Source: Yuukianura sp. NJ FZ-2021
Taxonomy: Eukaryota
Reading direction: 5' to 3'
NCBI GenBank assembly: GCA_046563655.1
Contig: CM102283.1
Location: 7,378,001-7,442,000, forward strand
Length of the DNA: 64,000 bases
Under the pieces are notes generated by a model. It ran no database searches, was not told where the DNA came from, and saw nothing but the letters and a program-made list of their open reading frames with translations. The position numbers were made by a program, and so were the translations under genes. Below are positions 46,801-57,584 of the stretch, piece by piece. Numbering within the stretch: position 1 is the first letter of the stretch; each line of letters begins with the position of its first letter.

Positions 46801-49800
46801 TTGAGGCGATTAGTAATCAAAGGATTTCAGTATTTTCTGAATACGAATTTGACTATTGTCAATTTGAATTTGTTAAAATCATAAGCAAAAGTTTTGCAAT
46901 TTCGAAAATAGTTGAGTAAAAATTGAGTTGTTGGTTTCAGTAGCTCATTCGTTAGAATTGAAGCAGGATTTTTTGAAATTACGTAAGTATGAACAAGTTT
47001 AAATTTTGTTTTTGGAAGTTGCTTTTTCTACGCAAATTGAAAAAAAAAAATTTTTTTTGGTAGTTGCGTTTTGGTATCAGTCATTTTTTAACGGAAATAA
47101 CATATTTTTGAAGATTAGTTTCAAATTTTATGAATAGACACAATAGACAGTAATAGTTGACCGTGAATTTCAATTTGAAATTTTCAAATTGCATTTTGAA
47201 GTAGTGAAATGTGAAATGACAATGTGGCATTTTTATTTGTTGAATGTCATAACCATTGCGGTAGTTTCAAAATGGACTTTTGGCGGGCGTTTTTGAAAAC
47301 ATTGAAGTTGGAATAGTAAGAGAAATGCCGAGTCAGCAGAATTTAATTGGGTAAAAGTTGTTTTTAGCTTAAGCTTTTTTTTGAAGCTCAAGATGTTTAT
47401 GCAATGGTTTGCGTTTTGTTTGGCCGTGGTGTCATTTTTACTACTGGACTTGTGTAAACTGAAAAAATTGGACTTGGCAAATTTTCGTGTCCGGGAAATA
47501 AGAATGTAATTAGAGTTTAACCATAAGTTTAAATTTCAATGGAGACACAAACTCTGTCCTTTGTTAATGCTCCAAGTGTGAGAATAATTTTGTGGTTTTC
47601 AAAACTGTAGGCCATTTTCAGTTTCATTTTTTGAAGCTGGACTTTTAGCAGGGGCTTTTGGACGTTAGGGGAGGTTGAAGTTGTAGAAGAAGGAAAATGT
47701 ATAAGTAACTAAACTTAAAGTTGGAAGATCATTAAGTTTTAATTAGTTTCATCATTATCGCCACCAGCTTCTTTTTCTGGGGGAGGATGTTAAGTTAGCA
47801 TAGTGTTTTTCAGAGGACAGTGTTAGGAAAGAGATGCATAGACTTTGTAATTTTTTGGTTTCTTGGGAATATTTTTACATGAAACGTTAGGTTAAACCTA
47901 ACCTTAAAAGATGAAGATGAGTTTAAAAGTGGATGAGATCTTCCAGGAAGTTATGGTTTCTTTGGACTAAATTTTTTTTAGTCAGGAGATGCTCAATTCA
48001 GAAGAGTAGCATTGGATTTTGAAAGTTTCTGAAGAAGTTATCTTGAGGAGCGGATTGAGGTTTTGAAAAGGCGGAGTTCAGAGTTGACGTAGTTCTCAGA
48101 ATTTGAAAAAAAAAGAGTCAAATTCAATATTAAACTTAAGCGTTTGTGTTTTTGGTTGATCTGTTTCAACAGAATTTGTAAGCAAAGAAACCTAACTTTT
48201 AGTTTGGTAGAATTAAAAGTTGAAAGTTTTTACATGGAGTTAAAGTGAGACTCATGGACGATTGGAGGATGTTGTCTTGTCTGTCGATGGTATAAATAAA
48301 ACGGATATGATTCCAATTCTAAAGTTGACCACTAAAGTTCTAATCTGAGTCTTTCAAGTCCCTTGAGTATATTTTTCGTTTCTAAAAACTCATTTCGGAC
48401 CAAAATGAAAAAAAAAGCGGAAATGAGCATGACTTTTGTTTTTGGTCGTAACATGGATCATGAGAACAGAAATGCTTCATTTAAAAAAAACTATAAGAAA
48501 GAAAATACTAAACAGTCACATTCGAAGTTTTTTTTTGATGAAGCTCTTCCGACGTTAACCTAATTTGAAATGTTAGTTTTGAAGTTTCAGCAGTGTTCTA
48601 ATGCCACAAAATTCAAAATGACTAAACTTCAAAATTTATGACGCAAAGTAACGTGAGTGATGAAAAATGTTTTGAACATTGAATTGAATTGACGTAGCGG
48701 TTTTTGCAATTCAGCAATTTTGAACAGGCGTGCTCTTCACACTCGAGAGTTACTTTTCCAACACATAAACTTTAAAAACTTTAACCTATACGCCACTAAC
48801 CTACATTTAATTTCAATTTTGTAAACATTCAAGTTTTGAGTTGGACAACACATTACAAGTCGAGTAGGGCGGTAAAGTTAACACTTTCAGCATTGCAAAT
48901 TGCAAGTTGCAATTTCTCCGAAGTTAGTTTGTTTTTAAATTCGAAACTTTTGATGTTTTTTTTTGCGAATAGATCTTGTTTCTGCAATTTGAACTTTTTT
49001 TTCGAACTTTGAAAGCAGATCAGTTGAGGTCAAACCGGTTGGTGTTATCTGCAAGTGACAACAGTTGAGGAAGGGAGGAAATATTTGAACGCCTTTTGTT
49101 TGAAATGCTGTAAAGATACATTTTGTAATGTTAGACTTTCATGAGAAAATGTTAGGATTTGGGAAATTGTTGTGGAAGTGTGGATAAGAGTGTGTCGTAA
49201 TCTGATCTGTTGTTGATCTTTGGATCTTCATCTATCTTCTTCAAACTATTCTTCATTTGTCTTTATCTTTCACAAACAGTCCACTGCACTTTCCGTCAAT
49301 TCCGTCGTTCAACTTCTGTTTGACGCCTCATCTTTTTTCAAAAGACAAAAGAATGTTAGGATTCAACTGTCCTAATGTCTTGTCATTTGGTTACTTTTAC
49401 TGGAAAAACAAAATGCAGTTGACATGTTTTCAAACTTTAGGATTTTAGGATTAAGGATTCACAAAGGATTTCGTATTTTAGAGGGAAAAGGGAATTTCGA
49501 AAAAATTGAAATTTGAAAGTGACGGAGCAAGTTTTGAGATTTTAGAAATTTGAAATATACTGAACTTTTCTTAATTACTATGTTGGTATATTTTGAAAGG
49601 GGAAATTTTGAACTATATTTTAATTACTAATTGAAATACTTTGGAAATGCTAACTTTTATTTGTTAATGTTAAATTAAAATGTTGAAATTTGAATTGTGC
49701 CGCCTCCCAGCAGTGGAGATGAGCTACGAGGAGTGGGCAGGCGCAGAGTCAAGGGAATGTGTCAACTGCGGCGCGGTGTCAACACCGCTGTGGCGCCGTG

Positions 49801-51706
49801 ACGGAACTGGTCACTACCTCTGTAATGCTTGTGGCCTCTACCACAAAATGAACGGAATGAATCGGCCTCTTATAAAACAACCCAAACGAACAGTGAGAGA
49901 AATCAAAATTTCAGAAAATTTTCACTTTTGTCATTTTTTAAAATTTAATTTGCTTTCGTCTTGTCGTTTTGACCGTGTTCTTTGTTTTATCCTGTATTTT
50001 TTTTTATCCCACTCCTCTATTTTTTTTTTAAATTTTGCTTACTGCACAAAATGCAAAATCATTTTTTGGCAAACCTTGCCCTGAGGGAGGGATTTTGACA
50101 TTGGCGGGATTTTTTTTTGTGGGAAAGTTCGGTTTTACGTAGGTTTTATTGAATTTTTATATGATTTTTTTTTGGTGAAAAAAAGATTTTGTCGGATTGG
50201 ATAATAAACAGTTGATTATTTTTGGTTTTGATTTTGATTTTTTAAAGAGCATGAACATTTTTGTAGTTCCAATTTTTTTTTACTTTCAAAATTACGAAAT
50301 TACAAAAACATAATAGAATCCGTCGTAAATCCGTCTTTATTGTTTTTGTTATGCGCAGGTTCAGGGACTTACGGTCAGAAACAACGAGACGGATTTGCGA
50401 CGCAGACGCAACATAAACAAAGACTGGTACGTGAATTTCATTTTTTCATCCATTTTTTTCTGGTTTTTGATTGGTGTGGTATTATTTATCAAATTTTAAA
50501 TAAAAAATTGCATGTCCTTTTCAAATTTTTTCCTAAAAAGTATCTTTTAGTATTCGCAATTTTGAAAAATTTGTATTCCGGTAATGATGTTGTGACATTT
50601 AGATAAAATTTCCTGTTTCACATTTTATGATTTTATGGGTTCATTGACCTCCTTTACTTAAAAATTTGAAATCTTCCGCCTATTTTTGTTTCTGCATGGC
50701 TTTCAACATGTTTTGCTTTTTTCATGTAAATTGGTTTTTACCTAATGGCTTTTGGTTTGTGTTGTCTTTGTGGCTTCCTGTCATTTACCAAAATGTGCTT
50801 GGAAATGTTTTATGTAAAAAGTACAAAAAAAAGTGAACTAATTTGTAAATTTTTTGATGATTCAAGAGCGCAACTCGTCGTTTAGGCCTCATGTGTTCAA
50901 ATTGTATGACGGAGAGAACATCTTTGTGGCGCAGAAATCAGTTGGGTGAACCAGTGTGCAATGCATGCGGACTTTACTACAAACTGCATGGCGTCGCACG
51001 ACCCCTGACGATGAAAAAAGATTCGATTCAAACTAGGAAACGGAAACCGAAAAATAATAGCAGCAATGGACCAGCTTCGAAGAGTGGTTCGAAGAATCAG
51101 CAAGAATCAGCAGCAGCTCAAGCGCAAGCGCAGAGTCAAAATCCGAATAGTTACGCTGCACTTTCTGGAGTCATGGCTGCAGCTCATCATGGCGGTAACT
51201 CTGGTCCGCCTACCGTATCATCCTCTGCTACCGGTAAAAAAATTAAATTCAGGAGTTAGTTACAGTCGAGCCTCTCATTGCGCAACACGTTCTGATTGGT
51301 TGGTTTAAATAAACGTTTTCGCGCCTACGGTGCGGCTTCAAATCAAACACTTCTGACATATTAGACCACCTATAACGTTTTTCGTTTTGTTAAAAAGTAT
51401 AATTCCTCCAAAAAAGTTAAGGTTTATGGTTTTCCGCCGTTAGGAAAAATTGAACAAAAGTTGAGTAATGAGAAGCTCGACTGTAGTTAAGTCTAACAAT
51501 TCAACAATTATTGGAAATTTTGAGTTTTGTTGTATGATTTTTTTTTTTTAGATTTGCTCAAAAGTGTTTTGACTGCTGGAACTGTAGGGAATCTCAATAA
51601 TCATGTTGGAAGTTTGAACTTGATGAAGACGCCTCTGACACTCTCATCACTTGGAGAGCAAGGTTACAAATCCAATCCTCAAATTTACTACACCCACGCG
51701 ACCTAA
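43827..51706 (+). CDS. srp: Serpent-like GATA factor, two-finger isoform
   Basis: N-finger exon 49711-49892 [47 protein letters not shown]-finger exon 50867-51233 [13 protein letters not shown]...TSLWRRN...[17 protein letters not shown] (IKQP, TSLWRR and KKDSIQ are srp-type). Upstream exons 43827-44656, 45127-45284, about 45380-45472 and about 45609-45851; last exon 51552-51706. Confidence 0.82.
50359..50426 (+). CDS. srp: Alternative fingerless srp exon, mutually exclusive with the N-finger exon
   Basis: gcgcag|...|gtacgt, 68 nt, phase 1 to 0 exactly like the N-finger exon (182 nt); encodes (G)[22 protein letters not shown]. Confidence 0.7.
51263..51483. mobile_element. Tc1/mariner/pogo-type MITE (221 bp) in the last srp intron
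   Basis: TIRs CAGTCGAGCCTCTCATT and AATGAGAAGCTCGACTG (16/17 match), flanked by TA on both sides; no coding capacity. Confidence 0.8.
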
Positions 51707-53336
51707 TTTATTTTTTGGTAACAGGATTAATCAAGTCTTGTTTTAGGATTGAACTTGTGTAGATTTTTGGTTTTTAAGGACGAAGTTAGCAACTGAAATT
51801 GAAAGTAAAGCTTAGGGTAAAACTTTCGCTGGTATAATATTCATCATCGGCAGTTGTTTGTTGCTACTTGAATGTTGAAAAGTTAAGTGTGAAATAATTT
51901 AGGTTAGAAATAGTAGGATTAGTTAGTTAATTTAGTTGTGAAAATTGTTAGCAATTAATTTAAGCCCGTTTGTGTGCTCTCTGATTCCAAGTGCTTGCAC
52001 TGGATGAAGGATCCACATGAGTCGAGTTCTGATTTCTGGAGTGCTGGACATGAGGTTCCCATTCCAGAATCTCTTAGTCCTTTTTGTGAAAAGTTGTACG
52101 TTATTATTAGTTAGCAGAATATTATTTACAAGTGACGAAGGAAATAACTAGATTTAGCTAATTACTTAATTTAAGAAAATGACGTTGTTCAAAATATGAT
52201 CTGATCAAATTTTGTTATAATGTTAAATTGAGCAAAAGTCCAAAGATACTGAAAAAAAGAGTGACACGGGTCTGCTAAGGTCCTTCAGGGGATGCTCAGC
52301 CTAAGCTCTTATAGTTAATTGTAATTAATTATATAATTGTAATTAGTTGCAAGTAATTAACAGTTGTAGTAGTTTGAAATTAGTGACCGAGGTTAGATTT
52401 TTATGAATTTGGACCTGAATTGAATTGTATGTAACAATTGTAAAAAGTTGAACCAAAATCCGCCCGTTGTGTCTCTTAAGGACTATTCAGGGTACTTCAA
52501 ATCGGATTTAAAGCTAAGACAAATCAGAGATCTAAAAAATCAGACTGGAGAGAATTATTTAAAAAATTAAGATCTAGTTTTATGGTAAAGTTGTTAAGAA
52601 TTCAGTAATTTAGAAATAATTAGTTTAGATTTATTTTAGTTTTGTTGGCGGCGTCAACCTGAGGATCTTCCTGTGTTTCGTCGTAAATATTGGTTTATAT
52701 TTTGACATCAATTAATTGTCATTCGTACTGAAAAGCTCATTAATTTAGTTTAATTATCCAAATTTAGTTAAAAGTGTAAAGTACAACTTTATTTTCAACA
52801 CGGAACGTAAAGAGTTCAAAACTATTATTCTCGACAGGTTAATCATTTGGCAGAAATAAAAACGAATAATTTTGAATAATTAATTGGGAGTTCTGGAATT
52901 GGAGTTAATTGTTAATCGCAATTTGTAATTGATTTATGTAATTTAAAAATTTGAAACAATTCGTTGGATATTTTTCAATTTTTAAATCAGTCTCATAGAA
53001 ATCGCGGGAACCAGAAAAAGTGCGGGAGAGCTGAATTCAAATTTTTTGTCCCGAATTTCTATTTTTTAGTAATTTTTTTTTTACATTGGTCTTTCCTTTC
53101 GTCTTTCTTTTCACTTTCCTCAATGAATCGTTCGAATTCATTAATTAAAAATTTATAGTTAATTAGTTTACTGATTTGATTAATCATAATCGGCACCCGT
53201 TGTAGCGTGGTTTAGATAACCTTTGAGGATCAGGATATTGCATTACTTGGTTGGTGGGATGTTCAAGGACGAACCCGACCACTGATGTCGCCGTGGGGAT
53301 CACTGGCTCTTGGCTCATCAGCGGTGGGATTGTGGG

Positions 53337-54513
53337 ATGGAGGTGTTCTGGAGCGTCGTTTGTGTAGGCAAGAAGTCAGAGTTACCGGAGGCACATGTTG
53401 ATTGGGTCAAGTATGTTGCTGGTGCTGGTTCTGGATTTCTTCAGGGTAAACCGATTTTTCATGATAACCCAAATATTAATGTGAAATGAAATGAACTGTA
53501 TTGAATATTTGCGTTTTGTAGTTGCCGTGCCGTACCCTATACACAAACTTATGTTTCGACAGGTACAAAGACAAGAACTTGCTAATTTTTCTAAAACGTA
53601 GAACACAATTGGACGATTTTGATTTCTAGATGTTTGATGGGGCTACAACGGCAAGAGCCTTCAGACAACTGCGAACAGAAGGTGTCTTCCTATTGTACCG
53701 TGGTATCATGCCTCCATTGCTGCAGAAGGCCATTTCCAATTCGATTATGTTTGGGAGTTATCATAGTTATGGCTCTGTTCTTAAGCAAACGTTTCCTCAA
53801 GGAAATGCCCAACTTCTTAAAAGCTTTGGAGCGTTTTTCGCTGGAGCATCGGAAGCGTTCCTTTTAGTACCGTTCGAAAGAATTCAAACCTTGTTACTGG
53901 TGAGTTGTTAATTACACTTAACATTTTGGATAGCACATGATATTCGACTGGGTACTTTTTATTTTCTAGGATAAGAAATACAACACGGAGTTCAAGAACA
54001 CGCGCCATACCTTTTATTACATTCATAAGAATCACGGCTTGACCGAATTTTACCGTGGAGGATCTACCATTTTAATACGAAACTGCTTATCCACAATTTT
54101 GTTCTTCGCTGCAAAAGAGAAACTAGAATCGTTATTTCCAAATTTCAACTCCGTTGGTCCAGATTTACTACTCGACTTTATCGCGTAAGTAATTAATGCT
54201 TGTTTTGAATTTAAGAAGTGAGAGTTTATGTTAAAATGCAAGTATTTTGTGTAGTGGTGGACTGATTGGCGGTACAATAAGTTCCTCCGTGTCATATCCA
54301 TTGAATGTCGTGAAGACCCGAATGCAAAGTCAAGTTGGTGGATCATTTGAGTCTCCTTGGAAGGTCTTTCAAATCATTTTTAATGAAAGGGATCGGCAGT
54401 GGCGAAAGATTTTTAGAGGAGTTCATTTAAATTTTACTAGAACTATTATATCATGGGGAATTGTTAACTCTTCCTACGAATTGATTAGCAGTATTCTCCG
54501 CCGTGATTCATGA
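53337..54513 (+). CDS. SLC25A51: Mitochondrial carrier, SLC25A51/MCART1-like (NAD+ carrier family)
   Basis: YVAGAGSG...YPIHKLMFRQ, LYRGIMPPLLQK...IMFG, PFERIQTLL, YPLNVVKTRMQSQVGG, FRGVHLNFTR...WGIVNSSYE. The start codon is uncertain. Confidence 0.85.
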
Positions 54514-55307
54514 CGCAGGTTGTCATGTAATACCCATTCATGTTCCCTGATAACCCTGTAAAGGAGCCATTAATCGCTGAAACTCGAAAGTTTTAAACCA
54601 CGTTAAGTTAATGTATCTAGTCTTTAGTGCGCTTCATCAGTCTCAAAGCTTTACTGGTCGAAAACGGTTGCAGATGCAGAAAATGGTGCTGGGTATCAAT
54701 GTCATTATTCGCAAATACTTCTGCTCAGTTTTCGGAATCAGAATTAAGTTTATTCACTTCCACTAAGTTGGTTACTCATTTAGTGTGTAGTGGCAATTGA
54801 AGACTTGACAAGTAGTAAATTCTAAATCATGTTAAATTAGCTTGCTCGACTTGTTCTTATAACGTTGACTCTGAAAACTCCGAATTCCTTGTGAAATTTC
54901 CGGAGTTTTGTCAAAAATTTGTCTCTAGCTCTCTCTGTTGAGAGTTTTGTGTGACAAGGAACCACGCTTGTTATTCCGGCCTCCTCTCGGCATCTCATTT
55001 TGCGTGAATTGTTTTCAGAAAAGGTTGAGCACGGCAGCGAGCATGCTGCACTGAAAAGAACGACGATAGGAAAGACTGCATTTTTTGAACAAACGTTTAA
55101 ATTAAAGTCGTCACTAAACGTTAACTAAAGCAGTTTTCGGTAGACGGCTAACGGGTAGAGAAATACCGACTGACTGTAGGTTACGATGCCAGCCACAACT
55201 AATTCCACGCTGACATTACTGAGGTCAAGATCAAATATTCGCCAATTAGGAAGAACACTTTGTCGAGGTAATGAACGATTTTATCCGTGTTATTAAATAC
55301 TGGGGTA

Positions 55308-55535
55308 GGGGTAAGGTAGAGGGTGTAGGCTGTAACACCCTATTGTAACACCCCATTGTAACACCCTATTGTAACACCCGACCTCGGACATGTTTGCTTT
55401 GTTCGTTTCCCGCGCCGAAGGCGCGGTGTTAGGTTTTTTAAAGTTCGTAATACTGATTACGTCTGTAGGTTAGGTGGGGTGTTACAATGGGGTGTTACAA
55501 TAGGGTGTTACAGCCTACACCCTCTACCTTACTCC
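55308..55535. mobile_element. Foldback/MITE-like element with about 60-bp TIRs containing 12-bp subrepeats
   Basis: GTAAGGTAGAGGGTGTAGGC(TGTAACACCCYAT)n at 55311 is mirrored perfectly, ending at 55532; central hairpin CGCGCCGAAGGCGCG; target-site duplication unclear. Confidence 0.78.
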
Positions 55536-55732
55536 AGCCAATACTTGTGTTCTCAGATTACTTTTTTTTTCTTAATTGCTTATTTCTTGTTTTATAGGAA
55601 GCCATTCGTTTGGGTGATATGCTTTCTTAACGGCTATTGATCGATAACATTCGGAATCGGATTTTTTCTGTTGGTGAGTTATACTCCGTAACGAGTGTGT
55701 ACTAACTAAATTAGACGTTAACTAATCCTGAC

Positions 55733-55801
55733 GTGATGAGTAATCTTAGGACACCTTTGGAATTTCCCTCAGGGAATTTATGAAAGGAAACTAAAAACTG
55801 A
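55733..55801 (+). ncRNA. SNORD58: Box C/D snoRNA, U58/SNORD58-like, copy 1
   Basis: C box GTGATGA, guide TCTTAGGACACCT complementary to conserved 28S AGGUGUCCUAAG, D'-like TGGA, C'-like ATGAAA, D box CTGA; 90 nt upstream of the 3' splice site. Confidence 0.82.
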
Positions 55802-56069
55802 TAAAACGATTTCCAATAAGGCTTGAGAAGGTTGTTAGTAGCAGTGACTGGATGTTACAATTCGAGTTAATTTGTTGTTTCTTTTTACTAGGACTAGAGG
55901 CGAAGTGTTGCCGGAACTGCCGTTGGATTCACTGCTAAGCGAAGGCGGATAATCAGTGACACCGTTGTACATTCATTTCTTTTACTTCGACCATCAGTGA
56001 GCGCATGAGCAGGTATGCATACAAGTCCGAATTTATAAATCAGGGTGTTTAGTTAACACTATCATCGTC

Positions 56070-56143
56070 ATGATGAGTAATCTTAGGACACCTTTGGACA
56101 ATTCCCTGTTGGGGAATTCATGAAAGGAACTTGTTTAAACTGA
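56070..56143 (+). ncRNA. SNORD58: Box C/D snoRNA, U58/SNORD58-like, copy 2
   Basis: ATGATGAGTAATCTTAGGACACCTTTGGA...ATGAAAGG...CTGA; guide identical to copy 1; 75 nt upstream of the 3' splice site. Confidence 0.82.
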
Positions 56144-56334
56144 ATATAATTCCTCATAAGACCATAATTTCCTTGAACGTTCGAAGTATCATAACATTTC
56201 CGTTTCTTGAATTTACAGGAGACGGCATGCTGACTACGAAAACCCAACTTTCATGCCGACTGCGTTCACACAGAGTGGCAAACGTCAGTACAGGTACAAA
56301 TCAAAACGATATTTCTGAAACTAGGTTATAGAGA

Positions 56335-56452
56335 AATTGTGATGAGGTCTTGGTCACCTGGATTTCAATGTGAATAAATGCTTTGGTTCGGGTCATTTAT
56401 TCAAATCCATTGAAAACATGACTTTGAGGTCTTTGAACAGATATCTGAATTT
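56335..56452 (+). ncRNA. Box C/D sno/scaRNA, candidate guide for U2 snRNA C40 2'-O-methylation
   Basis: C box GTGATGA at 56339, D box CTGA at 56445, terminal stem aaat/attt, long internal hairpin; pre-D guide GAACAGATAT pairs with U2 GUAUCUGUUC; 73 nt upstream of the 3' splice site. Confidence 0.68.
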
Positions 56453-57584
56453 GTATTTAAAGAATGAAATTCTGCCAAAGATGAAAAAATTCAGTAAACA
56501 AACTGTCACTTTTTTTCTTAGGTTTCTTCCTGTGTCCACTCCAATTCAATTAAGAGGGAGCTGCTGTCAATGAACTAAATGGATTAAAATGTTATTCCAA
56601 ATTAGCGATTTCTTCTGCAACATCGGATTCGCTCCAGATGAAGCGAAACCCTAATTTGTCTTCGCTTGTTTGTCTTCGATACCACTTTTTACAACTTTTC
56701 CGATCACTGAGACTTGTTACATTATCCGATTGGACAATTATTCTTGGAATAAAATACCACATGTGAAGTATCAGGAGACAAGCTGACAGATTCTCAATAT
56801 AGTTCATACATTCACTTATATGATCAGTAAAACATTGTTGTAATGGAATCAGTACTTGTACTATAGGTCATAGGTCAAGAGAATAATTTTTTATTTTTCG
56901 GATTTGAAGATTTGATTAAGCTTGTTGTGCTTAGTGTTCTTACGAATCGACGGGATTTTGTGTACAATTCTGGGGTGAGTTGAGATGAGCCGGAATTTGG
57001 CGGTTTTTTTCTGGAAGTTCAAAATTGTGATGGTCAGGAAGAAAAGGTAAACAAATCAACAACAAAAACATTTTAGAAGGGGAGCGAAGAAGAAGGATAG
57101 GGTATTATTTTATGACTTTCAAAGGCTCGATCTTTGTGGTAAATTGAAGGTCATTGACCGCCATCGAGTCAACAGAGGTCACATCAACAATTATTGGTAA
57201 GCCGCTTTAACGTTTTAAAGTAACGGTTACAGGCCGAAATATGAATCGATTCTTCCATCCCACAGCAAATGGTTGGTGTTAAATGTGGTGATGTGGCAAA
57301 GTATTAAAAAATACGGCTAAACCAATTAATTATTTAGACTCGTCTGAACTTAGGAGAACTAATCCGCCGTGGACTCTGGGAGCTACGGTAGGTGATAGAC
57401 CAATTAGAAACTAGAAGTTGGAACTTTTTACATGCGTAAGTATTGGTTTGATTTAAACTTCGTTTGGAACAACAATTAATCCTCGCCTTGCTGGTTTGCA
57501 TAGGTTTCTACATCCGGCTCGTTCAAATGTGCCGATCGTATCATCTAGCGTGGATAGATTGTAGTGTCGTTAGGTCTTCATACC

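Larger units (their letters stand above)
54929..56775 (+). ncRNA. Spliced non-coding snoRNA host transcript (boundaries approximate)
   Basis: Canonical introns 55268-55597, 55674-55891, 56013-56218 and 56294-56521; the exons lack a long ORF; three introns each hold one C/D RNA; AATAAA at 56748; pyrimidine tract CTCTCTCT at 54929 is a possible TOP-like start. Confidence 0.6.

Noticed and set aside
54940-55095. Possible H/ACA RNA or Pol III transcript (AGAAAA, ACA, T-run)
   Set aside because: No convincing two-hairpin fold or match to a known snRNA could be built by eye.
55186-55617. 33-aa spliced ORF (MPATTNSTLTLL...) in the snoRNA host
   Set aside because: Short with no features; typical of incidental ORFs in non-coding hosts.
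56346-56362. Second U2-complementary stretch (GGTCTTGGTCA) in the C/D RNA
   Set aside because: Needs three G-U pairs, no D' placement hits a known methylation site, and it probably pairs internally.
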